Source: Terrimicrobiaceae bacterium (GTDB lineage Bacteria; Verrucomicrobiota; Verrucomicrobiia; Chthoniobacterales; Terrimicrobiaceae). Taken from it: a stretch of DNA of 59,404 bases. Made by a program: the position numbers and the translations under genes. Shown one piece after another: positions 9,654 to 19,348 of this stretch. The first letter of the stretch is position 1. Each line of letters starts with the position of its first letter. The notes under the pieces were generated by a model. It was given only the letters and a program-made list of their open reading frames with translations. It was not told the DNA's origin and did no database searches. Where the stretch lies: positions 1-59,404 of the forward strand of contig JBIIPZ010000018.1 of assembly GCA_044342325.1 (NCBI GenBank), given 5' to 3'.

Positions 9654-11624
9654 TCAGCTCTCTTCGCGCATTTTGAAACCACGCTCGACCGGCGCGGGCA
9701 GCGGGCGGCCCGAGAGGGAGGCGAAGTCGCGGGCAGGGTCGCTGGCAGACTCGTCGCGTGAGGGATCCAACTCGCGCACGAACCACAGGAGATTTTGATG
9801 TTCCTCCTCGATGACATCGAGCGGGGTCCACTGGCAGGCATAGTAGCGCGAGAAGAGGGGACGGCGGAGGCGGAACCATACTCGCGTGTCGAGCATGTCG
9901 TGGGGGTAATTGTTGAGCCAGGCCACAACTTCGCGCAGGGCTTTGATGGCTTCGCCGTGGGCGCGAACCGCCTGCCAGCCGATGCCTGCAAGATCCCTGG
10001 CATTGAGTGGATTGCGCATCGCCGTGATGAGCAGCCTTGCCACGATCAACCGCTCGATGTGGCTCGCCATGCAGCGAGCGGCATGGGCTGAGGTGATCAT
10101 GGCCTCCCAGTGATTTCGAGCAGAGGCTGGTATTTTTGAACGCCATGCCTTCAGCGAATCCGCCGCCGCCGAGGCGCGCTGGATGCTGGTGCGAAGGAGC
10201 GACAGCGGACACTCCTTGCCGGAAGCGGTGTTTTTGATGAGGGCATCGACTCCCTGCCAAGGCTGTGAGGCGCTTTGCTCGACATAATACTTCACTGTCT
10301 GGAGGTTTCCCCTCACCCACTCGGGCGGCGTGTTGTTCGCTCCGCCGACCAAGGCCCAGGGATCTGGATGAAAGTGCTCATCCACCGGCAGCGGGCAATT
10401 CCATGTGTAGCCTTCTCCTGAAAAGTAAATGACCTTGGAAATATTCAGCACGAAGTGGGAAATGTCCTCCAGCGCCACGAGGGCCACAGGGGAGGCATCC
10501 GGGCCGAAGACATCTTTCGAGCGCGCGAGCCATGGTTCCTCAAGACCATCCTCCGGATGCCGCGCATAGTGCAGATAGGCTTCGAGGTTCCAGCCCTGCA
10601 TCGGCGTGCGCATACCCACATTACCCCAATCGGTGTTGTCATGAATCCATGCGCCTGGAACGCCTTGGTCGCGAAGTTCGCGGCCGACCCGGCGCCAGTA
10701 GGAGGGGCTGAACCAGATCAACTGGGCGGCGTTTTCGGCGTTATGCACGAGAGCTTGGTGGCATGGTATTCCCAGATCCCAGAGTTTTTTGTTATCCGGG
10801 CACATGCCGGCGTCGATGCAGTCGAAGACTTGAAACTTTTGCACCATGGCATCCGGCTTCGGCCAGTCCCCCTCAGCCTTGTCGCCGACATACCAGGTGC
10901 GGACGAAGGATTTTTTACCCATGACCCGCATTTCTTCGGTAAAGAATCGCAGGTAATCGAGCACCATCGCCCGCCGGGCGCCGGTGCGCGACTCCTTGGA
11001 AGCACCCGCGCCGACGCTTTGCGGGCTCACATCGTGAATATGCTCGGCTCCGGCGGTCATCATCCCGGTTGCTTCAGGAAATTGGTTGAAGAGTTCGCGG
11101 TAGCAGTAGCGCAGGAACTCGCGGTATTCCGGATCAGGCCAGGAAATGTTGCCCCAAAGCGTTCCAAGAATGCTGGACTCGTCGTGACCGATGAGCTGAT
11201 TGCGGCTACGGCGGTAGTTTTCGAGCAAACGCGGGCGGGCCTCCACGAAGGCGCGAGGGGCGTAGAAGTTAAAGGTGTTGAAGTAAAAATTGATGCCAAG
11301 GCGCTTCGCTTCCGCGATCACCTCGCGCACGATCCGGCGGTTTTCCTCCACAATCTCGGAGGGAAAGGTCCGCGCCTCGGGATACGGCTCGAAATCAAGC
11401 AAATAAAGAAACGGGAAGTCGTGCATGATGCTGTCGCGGTATTTCGGCGACACCACAGCGATGAGATAATCAAGATCCTTGCTTTTGAGCCACGCGAGGA
11501 TGCGCTTCCAAGCATCCACAGGGTGCATGTCGTAAATTTCCAAGCCGCCCCATGGCCCTGGCGATGGTTCAAGAATGCTGGGGTAGTGTGCGTAGTAACC
11601 GAGTTCGAGATTTTGATTTTTCAT
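9654..11624 (-). CDS. Hypothetical glycoside-hydrolase-like TIM-barrel protein
   Basis: Long ORF; VREVIAEAKRLGINFY, ELFNQFPEATGMMTAGAE and FVRTW resemble the 2705-4756 protein class; ATG at 11624. Confidence 0.5.
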   Translation of the reverse strand: MKNQNLELGYYAHYPSILEPSPGPWGGLEIYDMHPVDAWKRILAWLKSKDLDYLIAVVSPKYRDSIMHDFPFLYLLDFEPYPEARTFPSEIVEENRRIVREVIAEAKRLGINFYFNTFNFYAPRAFVEARPRLLENYRRSRNQLIGHDESSILGTLWGNISWPDPEYREFLRYCYRELFNQFPEATGMMTAGAEHIHDVSPQSVGAGASKESRTGARRAMVLDYLRFFTEEMRVMGKKSFVRTWYVGDKAEGDWPKPDAMVQKFQVFDCIDAGMCPDNKKLWDLGIPCHQALVHNAENAAQLIWFSPSYWRRVGRELRDQGVPGAWIHDNTDWGNVGMRTPMQGWNLEAYLHYARHPEDGLEEPWLARSKDVFGPDASPVALVALEDISHFVLNISKVIYFSGEGYTWNCPLPVDEHFHPDPWALVGGANNTPPEWVRGNLQTVKYYVEQSASQPWQGVDALIKNTASGKECPLSLLRTSIQRASAAADSLKAWRSKIPASARNHWEAMITSAHAARCMASHIERLIVARLLITAMRNPLNARDLAGIGWQAVRAHGEAIKALREVVAWLNNYPHDMLDTRVWFRLRRPLFSRYYACQWTPLDVIEEEHQNLLWFVRELDPSRDESASDPARDFASLSGRPLPAPVERGFKMREES

Positions 11625-11696
11625 TAGCAGCAGTATTGAGGGTAAAGGAGCACACAAACCGCGCAATAACAAAAATATCAATTAAAAAACAATCTT

Positions 11697-12647
11697 CTAA
11701 GGAACCAAACGCGTCACACGCCCGTGTTTAATCCATTCAACAACATAAATTTCACCACTGTGCCCCCAAGCTGCTCCGTGAGGGCTGTTGAAAAGGCCCG
11801 GCAGAACTTGCGAGCGATCCACATTCGGCCACTGGGGAAGGTGGCGGGCATTGGGCTGCTCTCCAATAAATTCCACCAAGGCATTTACTTCATCGACAAT
11901 AGTTACGCGTCCATGAAGTTCACTGAGAACGCAGAGCCCGTTCCGAAAATCAAAGCCGTTTGGAGAATCCAAAAAGTCTCCTCCCCAAGTTCCAAGAAAT
12001 TTTCCATTCCGATCAAACTCCTGAACCCTGTGATTTCCGCGATCGGCAACGAGGAGGGCAGAGTTTTTCCCAGGACGGGGATCAATCGCCAGACCATGGG
12101 GGCAATCAAAAACTCCTGCACCCTCGGCTCCGGAGATGGAAAATTCATAACGCCCTTGCGAATCATAGGCGTGGACAAGGTGGGAGCCGTATCCATCGGC
12201 CAACCAAAGGCGGACAGGCTTGCCGTTTTCCGATTCCTCAGCCACCCAGGTTGGACAGAAGGTTTTCTCGCGATAAACAGGATGGTCTGGCTTCTCAAGA
12301 CGTTGAAGCACTTGCCCCGATAGATCCACCAACTCGGCAACGCCGAGAAACTCATCAGTCAGCCAGAGCAGTTCAGCACCTTCCCTTTCGACACGGGTCA
12401 GCCCGTGCGCTCCGGGATAAGCGCCCCACTTTTCCAACAATTCCCCGGCAGGCGAGTAGATGAGAAGGGATGGCAACGCCTGATGAAAAATTACAATGCG
12501 ACCGTCCTTGAGAACTGTGACGCCATGAGTGCGCTGGTTTCTGACGCCACGGTCCGGCACGGGAAGATTTGCCCAGCCATCGCGCCAAAGCCAGCGCGCG
12601 TCAGGCATGAGAAGGGAAAAAGCGGATTGCGAAATGGATTTTTTCAT
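11697..12647 (-). CDS. NHL-repeat beta-propeller protein (peptidyl-alpha-hydroxyglycine lyase-like)
   Basis: HGVTV, AHGL, LADGYG, FDCPHGLAID, VADRGNHRVQEFD, FNSPHG, IYVVEW. Confidence 0.8.
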   Translation of the reverse strand: MKKSISQSAFSLLMPDARWLWRDGWANLPVPDRGVRNQRTHGVTVLKDGRIVIFHQALPSLLIYSPAGELLEKWGAYPGAHGLTRVEREGAELLWLTDEFLGVAELVDLSGQVLQRLEKPDHPVYREKTFCPTWVAEESENGKPVRLWLADGYGSHLVHAYDSQGRYEFSISGAEGAGVFDCPHGLAIDPRPGKNSALLVADRGNHRVQEFDRNGKFLGTWGGDFLDSPNGFDFRNGLCVLSELHGRVTIVDEVNALVEFIGEQPNARHLPQWPNVDRSQVLPGLFNSPHGAAWGHSGEIYVVEWIKHGRVTRLVP

Positions 12648-12659
12648 ATTTTTCGATGC

Positions 12660-14918
12660 CTAAAACTCGTCAAAGGCCATCTGTTCCTTGGCGATTCCAA
12701 ACTCCTGCACGAGCATGTTCTGAGCAGCTTGAATCATCACGGGCGGTCCGCAGAGGTAGTATTCCGCCGATTTCGGATCGGGGTGTTCCGAGAGGTGTTC
12801 GCGGCGGAGCACATCGTGGATGAATCCCGTGTGGCCGGCCCATTTGTCCTCTGGAAGCGTCTCCGAGAGCGCGATGCGGAATTTGAAATTCGGGAAGCGG
12901 CGCTCGATATCGCGGAAGTAGTCTTCGTAAAAGACCTCCTGCAACGAACGGGCTCCATACCAGAAGCTGACTTGGCGACCGGTCTTGAGCGTCTCAAAAA
13001 GATGGGCAATGTGGGAGCGGAGCGGTGCCATTCCAGCTCCTCCACCGATGTAGACCATTTCTTTTGCCGTATCCTTGATGAGAAAATCGCCGAAGGGACC
13101 GATAGCCGTGACGGTGTCACCGGGCTTAAGGCTGTGGATATACGAGGATCCAACGCCGGCCGGGCAGTCCAAACCGCGCGTGGGCGTGGCGATGCGGACA
13201 TTGAAGCGGAGCTGGCCGAGCGGATCACCGGGATGCGTGGCAAGGGAATAATTCCTGCGGCATTCGGTCGGGTTCGTTGCCTTGTAGTCGAAAACATGAT
13301 GGGCGCGCCATGAAGTCGCGTAGGGCTCCGGCACATCGAAATCAGCAAAGCGGGTTTCCCCGTAGGCCGGAATATCGATCTGCATATATTGGCCGGGCTT
13401 GTAGTCCGGAAGGGCTTCGCCACTGTCAGGAGCCAGCACCAGTTCCTTGATGAAGGTGGCCACATTGCGGTTGCTCACGACCCGATAGGTGCGGGTCTTG
13501 GGACCAGCGCATCCGGCGGAAGTTGTAAGGTTCAAGTGCAGGCGGCCATTTTCGACCTTCACGGGATAGGTGCGCAGGGCTACACACGCAGGCGGACGCT
13601 GCGGGCTGCCGTCTGTGATATCGAAGCGACCATTGTGCTTGGGGCACTCCACCAGGCGACCTTTGACCATACCATCGGCCAGATGCGTGTTGCCATGCGT
13701 GCAGATTCCATCTGTCGCGTGGAAGGTATCATCCTGCGTGCGGTAGATGGCGTAGGTGTGCTTGCCATGGTCGAAGCGGATCACATCGTTTCGATCAAGC
13801 AGGTCGGCGTCGCACACATCGATCCAACCATCGACAACAGGCCGGTCTCCGGCGTTGAGCGCCACAGCGGTTGGCTTGGTGCCCACGGGGCGCGCAGTAG
13901 GCGGGAGTTTGCGCCGCACATAAAAGCCGGGATCTTTGATCTGGCGCAAAACGGCGGGAATGATTTCGCGGTAGGCCTCCGAGAGGCTCTTGTAGGGAGC
14001 AGGGCAGTCGTCCTTCACCAACTCGTGCAACCTCGGCAATGCATGGTAGGGCACGAGCGGAAACATGTGATGCTCGAGATGGAAGTTCATGTTCCAATAG
14101 AGGAACCGGTGAATGAAATTCATTTTCACCGTGCGGCAATTGAGCCGGTGGTCCAGCACATCCTCCGCAAGGCCCGCGTGCTGCGTGTAGCCGTAGATCG
14201 GCATGAGCCAGGCGCCATAGAGGTTCGGGCCGAGAATGAAGAGGAATGGAAGCCATGTGCCATAGTAGAGGCACAGGCCAATCATGCCCGCGTAGACCAA
14301 GGCGTAGATCCTCGCGCGGAGGAAAACCTTCGGGTATTCCGATTCCGGCAGGTATGTGGCCTCTTCAGGCGTAATCCGCCCGAAGCAATGAAGCGTGATG
14401 TTTTTACAATAGCGGCGGAATGCATTGAAGTTAATGAGCTTGAGAATCAGAGTCTTGATGTCTGGAGGGCGTGGGACATGAATTTCGGGGTCGCGTCCCA
14501 CGATGATCGTATCGCTATGGTGGCGCGTATGGCTCCACCGCCATGGAACGGATTCACGCATGACCATAAAGGAGGAAACCTCGTAGAGCAGGTTGTTCAA
14601 CCAATCCGTCTTGAAAGCCGTGCCGTGCCCAGACTCGTGCCAACGGGAATCCGAAGCCGAGGCATAAAGCACGCCGTAAATCATCAATGGAACAACCGCC
14701 CACCAACTTGGCCACCACGACCACGCCCAGTAACCGGTTGCAAGGATAAGCCCGAAATAGATCAGGCAGTCGCGAATGGCCGGCCAGTCCTTGCGAGTCA
14801 AAAGCTCACGCATTTTGTCCTTGGGAACAGGCGGGGTATACCAATCGGCTTCGGCGAGCCCGAGAGCCACGGCGCGTTGGGATTCGGGTCCGGTGAGACT
14901 GTAGTCTTTTGGATTCAT
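12660..14918 (-). CDS. Fusion of a MocD-like membrane di-iron desaturase/oxygenase, a MocE-like Rieske ferredoxin and an NqrF/FNR-like FAD/NAD(P)H reductase
   Basis: His boxes HESGH, HTRHH, HLEHH; Rieske CTHG...CPKHNG; reductase RNYSLA, GGGAGMAP, YLCGPP and terminal FDEF. Confidence 0.85.
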   Translation of the reverse strand: MNPKDYSLTGPESQRAVALGLAEADWYTPPVPKDKMRELLTRKDWPAIRDCLIYFGLILATGYWAWSWWPSWWAVVPLMIYGVLYASASDSRWHESGHGTAFKTDWLNNLLYEVSSFMVMRESVPWRWSHTRHHSDTIIVGRDPEIHVPRPPDIKTLILKLINFNAFRRYCKNITLHCFGRITPEEATYLPESEYPKVFLRARIYALVYAGMIGLCLYYGTWLPFLFILGPNLYGAWLMPIYGYTQHAGLAEDVLDHRLNCRTVKMNFIHRFLYWNMNFHLEHHMFPLVPYHALPRLHELVKDDCPAPYKSLSEAYREIIPAVLRQIKDPGFYVRRKLPPTARPVGTKPTAVALNAGDRPVVDGWIDVCDADLLDRNDVIRFDHGKHTYAIYRTQDDTFHATDGICTHGNTHLADGMVKGRLVECPKHNGRFDITDGSPQRPPACVALRTYPVKVENGRLHLNLTTSAGCAGPKTRTYRVVSNRNVATFIKELVLAPDSGEALPDYKPGQYMQIDIPAYGETRFADFDVPEPYATSWRAHHVFDYKATNPTECRRNYSLATHPGDPLGQLRFNVRIATPTRGLDCPAGVGSSYIHSLKPGDTVTAIGPFGDFLIKDTAKEMVYIGGGAGMAPLRSHIAHLFETLKTGRQVSFWYGARSLQEVFYEDYFRDIERRFPNFKFRIALSETLPEDKWAGHTGFIHDVLRREHLSEHPDPKSAEYYLCGPPVMIQAAQNMLVQEFGIAKEQMAFDEF

Positions 14919-15000
14919 ACCCACCCAGAACACCACGGGACTTGTTGCAAAAAAAGTATTCCCGCATTGCCTAAAGCATCAAATGCTGCAAAATGCTAAT

Positions 15001-15858
15001 ATGGCAAAAACCCGCCGTGAAATCATTCTTCCCGCCGCCGGCGCCTCCTACTGGAAGTCGCTCGGGCAGCCTTCGCACGGACTCCTCTACCTCGGTTGGG
15101 GGACGCGCCGATACGGTAAAAATCCGATTCCTCTCCGCTTGCACGATGGCTGGACTTACACGGTGATAACCGCCGGGAACCCCATTTTGAGAGCAGGTGA
15201 AAGCCGTAAAAAGCTTCCCGCTGGAACGGTCGTGCTCGCCGGACCGGATGTTCCCTTTGGTTGGATGGACGAGGGATCGTCGCAATGCTCGATTCTCGTA
15301 TGGGTATGGACAAAGGCTCCGGCATTCCATGCCACAGAGATAACACCTCGCACCTGCTGGATCAGAAATACCGCCCAGGAGATCTTGGAGAGATTGAAAA
15401 GGCTACATGCCGAAACCAGGCTAGAGGTGCACGCGGCGGACTCCCACTCGAGCGAACTTCTGGGAACCGTCCAGATTCGCTTGAATGCAGAATTTGAACG
15501 CGCCGCAGGCCGTGTTCGCGGCGGACCCGACATCAACACCCAAAAAATTCATCTCGCCCTCGAGTGGATGCGGCGCCATCTGGAGGCTCGATCCCCTACG
15601 GCAGGCCTTGCCGACTACCTCGGCGTCTCCCCAATCACCCTACAACGCCTTTTTCTCAAGCAAACGGGCGTGCCTCCCGCGAGAATGTTTTTGGATTTGA
15701 AAATGCAGGCTGCCGCCAACCTGCTGGCCAAGGAAGCCTCCACAGTCAAGCAGGCCGCCCTCACGCTGGGCTACAAGAACCCGGGTGACTTCACACGCGC
15801 CTTCACACGCTTCCACAAGCGAAACCCCTCGGAATACACACGCGAAAAGAGCCTTTGA
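15001..15858 (+). CDS. AraC-family transcriptional regulator
   Basis: N-terminal cupin-like region (HDGWTY); C-terminal double HTH LADYLGVSPITLQRLF...ALTLGYKNPGDFTRAF; divergent from the mocD-like fusion. Confidence 0.85.
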   Translation: MAKTRREIILPAAGASYWKSLGQPSHGLLYLGWGTRRYGKNPIPLRLHDGWTYTVITAGNPILRAGESRKKLPAGTVVLAGPDVPFGWMDEGSSQCSILVWVWTKAPAFHATEITPRTCWIRNTAQEILERLKRLHAETRLEVHAADSHSSELLGTVQIRLNAEFERAAGRVRGGPDINTQKIHLALEWMRRHLEARSPTAGLADYLGVSPITLQRLFLKQTGVPPARMFLDLKMQAAANLLAKEASTVKQAALTLGYKNPGDFTRAFTRFHKRNPSEYTREKSL

Positions 15859-15916
15859 ATTTCCGTGAGGCCTCGACGATTCCTAGCTGTGGAAAAAGAG
15901 AAAGGCAAAGCTCCGA

Positions 15917-17508
15917 TCAGGCAAAAGCTGTCAGAACCGCGTCCTTTTCGTTCGCCGGGGGGTTGATTCCCTGTGCGTGCCGTTGGGCGATGCGGCATTC
16001 CTCTCGCAGAAGATCGATGGTGAGCTCGGTCTTGTCGCCCGCTTGCAACATTCTCAAGAGTCGTTCGCCGATGGCCGCATGCTCAAGCGTTGCGCCAACA
16101 GGTTCCCAGCAGGCCGTGCTTTCGGCCTCAGCGATAACTTGCATCCAGGATTCCGGCAGTGGCCGCTGGCAGGAACCATCTTTTGCGGGGTTAATGAAAA
16201 CAGAGTAAATCGAACGAGCAATGGCGAGTCGCTTCATCTGCGCGCCGCCCTCAAGCGAATGCATCCAGGTCACATAGGCAAGCAGTTGGGCCGCCGCGCC
16301 ACGCTGGGCGTCTATGGGAGCATGGGCATTCACAGTCCACCCCGCGACATTCATGAGGTTGACGGCCGGTTTGCCGTCCGGTGTTGGAACCGGTGCTAGC
16401 AAAAACCGGTCGGCATTGCCGAAATCCGCCAACTGGGCCGCTTCACTGGAAGGCGAAAGGAACACGGGAATCTCGCCGGAAAGAAGTCGGGAAAAAGTGA
16501 ACTCGGCACTCGTATCGCCACCCACCTCAACCAAGGAACGATTCAAGAGAAGTTTAAAAACAAAGTCCAAGGCCGGTGTGATTTTTGCCGATGCATAGTC
16601 TATGCCGTCAAGAGACTTGGTGGCGACGGAAACAGGCGTTGCCAGCTGGTGGCAAAACTGGGCGAGCAACCAGCCCATGGCGCGGATGTCCTTTACTTGC
16701 CATGCGTTCGAGACAACGCGGTGAGAACATCCAAAAACTCCTGCCAACTTTTTGGAGCCCGATCGGGCAACCCAGCAGAGGCCAACTTTTGGCGGTCATA
16801 GAGGACTGTGCCCAGCGAAATCGTGGTGGGGAGCATAAGAAACCGGCCGCCTCCATTCGTGGATGGGGATACTTCCTGGAGAACCTCGGGTTTCAATTCC
16901 TGAAGAAAAAACAACAACTTCTCACGGTCGGCATCGTCCAAAAGGGTCGCAATATCGGCGAGGCAGTGGAAGCCATCCAGAGTCGGCAACTGCGTGCGAT
17001 TGAATACCGCACATGTCGGCTCAGCGGCGGACAGAAAAGAACGGAAAATCTCGTTTTGAAAAGCTTCGGCCGGCAAGTTGCTCCACTCGTCTCTCCAATT
17101 CACCCGCTTGACAGCCCCCTCCCCGCTGGATTCAAAGGTTTTTTGCAAAATAGAAAGCCGCAATTTGCGCAAACTGGAATCCTGGCGAATCCATCGCACC
17201 GCCTCGGGCAGTTTTGCACTCTCTGACAACGCATCCGAGGTTGCAACCTCCGAAAGCAAACTGGGATCCACCTTGCCAACAAGCGTGGTTGCCCCCTCGC
17301 GCGTAAAGACGAGGTTTTCAACGGCCAATTCCTTCAAAGCACGATGAATCGTGAAAATACTCACTCCGAACTCGTCGGCGAGTTTACGGAACGGAGGTAG
17401 GCGATCACCTTCCTTATAGGTGCCATTCAGAATATCCTGCCGCAACTTGGATACCACACGGTTCACTAAGGCGGTAAGCGGAGCTTTTTGAGGAACAGAG
17501 AGATTCAT
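15917..17508 (-). pseudogene. GntR-family regulator fused to an extracellular-solute-binding-like domain, split by a frameshift near 16700
   Basis: 16693-17508 has a GntR wHTH (GDRLPPFRKLADEFGVS..TIHRAL) and an SBP motif (LYDRQKLASAGL..APKSWQEF), then stops at TAA. The SBP-like sequence continues in another frame (ORF 15917-16747: APVPTPDGKP, AAAQLLAYV). Confidence 0.6.
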
Positions 17509-17530
17509 AGGCCAAGCAGTCGTTGAATTG

Positions 17531-17554
17531 TTGACAGAATAACAATTAATAACA
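17531..17554. promoter_or_regulatory. Candidate GntR autoregulatory site (tandem AATAACA)
   Basis: AATAACA at 17538-17544 and 17548-17554, directly upstream of the GntR start; same motif seen at 2625, 2683 and 11665. Confidence 0.4.
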
Positions 17555-17679
17555 CTTTGGCAAACGGGAAGTTTTTTATGTCAAAAACGCCCGCTCACCA
17601 AGCTTGGATAGAATGAACTGGATTCGAGAAGTTAAACTTTTTGAGGCGAATTATTTCCTAAGGGTTTATTTTGCGGTTC

Positions 17680-18456
17680 CTAAAAGCCCATGGAGGCTCC
17701 GCCGTCGATGGGGAGGATGACTCCGGTGACGAATTTTGCAGCGGGCGAACAGAGATAAACCGCTGCCATGCCAATGTCTTCGGGCTCACCGAAGCGAGCC
17801 ATCGGGGTGCGGGATAGGATTTTGTTCGAGCGTTTTTCATCACCCGCCAGCGCCTTGCGGAGCATGGTAGATTCGATCCAACCAGGGGCAATGGCATTAA
17901 CGCGCACACCTTCGATGGAGACTTCTGCCGCGAGGGCGCGGGTCATGCCGACATAGGCACTCTTCGCCGCGCTGTAGGCGATAACAAGCGGTATGCCCAT
18001 GAGTGAAGCCATTGAAGCGGTGAAAAGAATGCTGCCGTGCTTGCGCTGAATCATGCCAGGCAGCGCGGCGCGCGTGAGAGCGTGTGCTGCACAGACATGG
18101 GTGGTGAGCACGGATTGAAACTCCTCCGGGGTGGTTTCCGAAGCCGGTTTTTTGATGTGGATGCCGGCATTGTTGACGAGAATGGAAACGGGAGCTCCAG
18201 CAGCCTTTTCAGCGGCGACCACAAGGTCGGCGGCCTTGTCGAGTTGAGTGATGTCGTGGGCCACATAGCTGGCCGAGGCGCCGATCCCAGAGGCGGCGGC
18301 ACTGAGTTCGGCTTCGCGGCGTCCGACGAGGACAACCTTGGCGCCGGCGTTGGCCAGACAAGTCGCAATGCCAAGGCCGAGGCCGATTCCACCGCCGGTG
18401 ATGAGAGCGGTTTCGCCCTCCAGGGAAAATGCTTTGTTCGGTTCGTTTTTCATCAT
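17680..18456 (-). CDS. SDR-family oxidoreductase (gluconate 5-dehydrogenase/KduD-like)
   Basis: [25 protein letters not shown] and IDGG motifs. Confidence 0.85.
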   Translation of the reverse strand: MMKNEPNKAFSLEGETALITGGGIGLGLGIATCLANAGAKVVLVGRREAELSAAASGIGASASYVAHDITQLDKAADLVVAAEKAAGAPVSILVNNAGIHIKKPASETTPEEFQSVLTTHVCAAHALTRAALPGMIQRKHGSILFTASMASLMGIPLVIAYSAAKSAYVGMTRALAAEVSIEGVRVNAIAPGWIESTMLRKALAGDEKRSNKILSRTPMARFGEPEDIGMAAVYLCSPAAKFVTGVILPIDGGASMGF

Positions 18457-18457
18457 T

Positions 18458-18896
18458 TTACATAATTCCAAATTTCTCGAAGGCCTCGACGCCGGAGAGT
18501 CCCTCCAATAGCGCGGCTTTCACCAACTTCTCTCCACGGGCTTTTTCAATGGCCCGCACGAAGACCTCTTCCTTGGCTTCGGCCGGGATCACACACACGC
18601 CGTCGATGTCGCCAAAAAGGATGTCCCCCGGGCGGATGCGGGCATGACCGATCTCGATCGGCACGCGGAAATCGACGACCTTGTAGCGGGGCGCGGAGTC
18701 CTGGCCGTAGCGTCCCCAGGAAAAGGTTGGAAAATTGAGAGCCAAAATCCCGCTGGTGTCGCGCGAGTAGCCATTGACGATGGCGCCTGCGGCACCAAGC
18801 TTGCCCGCACGAATGCTCATCAACTCGCCCCAAAGAGCGTTGCGCGGGGAAGAGCCCGTGTTCAGGTAAATCTCGTTGGGGGCGAAGATCATCAAG
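18458..18896 (-). pseudogene. RraA/HMG-aldolase-family gene, 5'-truncated
   Basis: ALWGELMS, GAIVNGYSRD and IRPGDILFGDIDGVCVIP are present but the N-terminal part is missing. The expected LDDL before (A/R)PNEIY lies in a shifted frame, and the upstream sequence is a GGGGTCAGG repeat. Confidence 0.65.
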
Positions 18897-18900
18897 CCAT

Positions 18901-18929
18901 AGGGGTCAGGCATTAATTATTGATATTTA
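18901..18929 (+). repeat. AGG(G/C)GTCAGG..TTATTGATATTTA repeat, copy 1
   Basis: AGGGGTCAGGCATTAATTATTGATATTTA, direct repeat of 19121-19148. Confidence 0.7.
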
Positions 18930-19031
18930 CGTTAAGCAGGCGTTTAAATCCGACAAGCGCAAGAATTGGCACCGCATTTTGACGCACTGGGTTTGGTGGA
19001 GATCCGCAGTGTCATCGCTATGAGGTGCTGA

Positions 19032-19055
19032 TGCCGACGAGGACGTCGGCGTTCC
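19032..19055 (+). repeat. REP-like palindrome TGCCGACGRGGACGTCGGCGTTCC, copy 1
   Basis: Stem GCCGACG/CGTCGGC with a 4-nt loop; 23/24 identical to 22588-22611. Confidence 0.8.
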
Positions 19056-19120
19056 GTTCGAGAAGTTTTCTCCGCGTCTTTGTGTCTCCGTGAGAGGCTC
19101 GGGGGTCGATTCATGGGCAG

Positions 19121-19148
19121 AGGCGTCAGGATATTTTATTGATATTTA
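19121..19148 (+). repeat. AGG(G/C)GTCAGG..TTATTGATATTTA repeat, copy 2
   Basis: AGGCGTCAGGATATTTTATTGATATTTA. Confidence 0.7.
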
Positions 19149-19348
19149 ATCGCTTTTTGAACGAATGATAGGTTCACCCACGACCTCAAACTGCATCCTT
19201 TCAAGGCGAAATTCGCTGAAAGAAAAGACCCTTCCGCCTCGCCGTTCGTAGGATGAGAAATGATGCATTCCACAAAAAAGCTTTCTTACGATTCCTGCTG
19301 CTTGGCTTGTCGCACGATCGTTGTTTCAACCGAAGCCAACTTTGATCC

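Noticed and set aside
12660..14918. nqrF of a Na+-translocating NADH:quinone reductase
   Set aside because: Only the reductase module is NqrF-like; it is fused to desaturase and Rieske domains and no other nqr genes are present.
13389..14999. 536-aa + strand ORF and similar long antisense ORFs (5299-6429, 10455-11627, 36583-37605, 45809-46849)
   Set aside because: Shadows of well-supported genes on the opposite strand, expected in GC-rich DNA.
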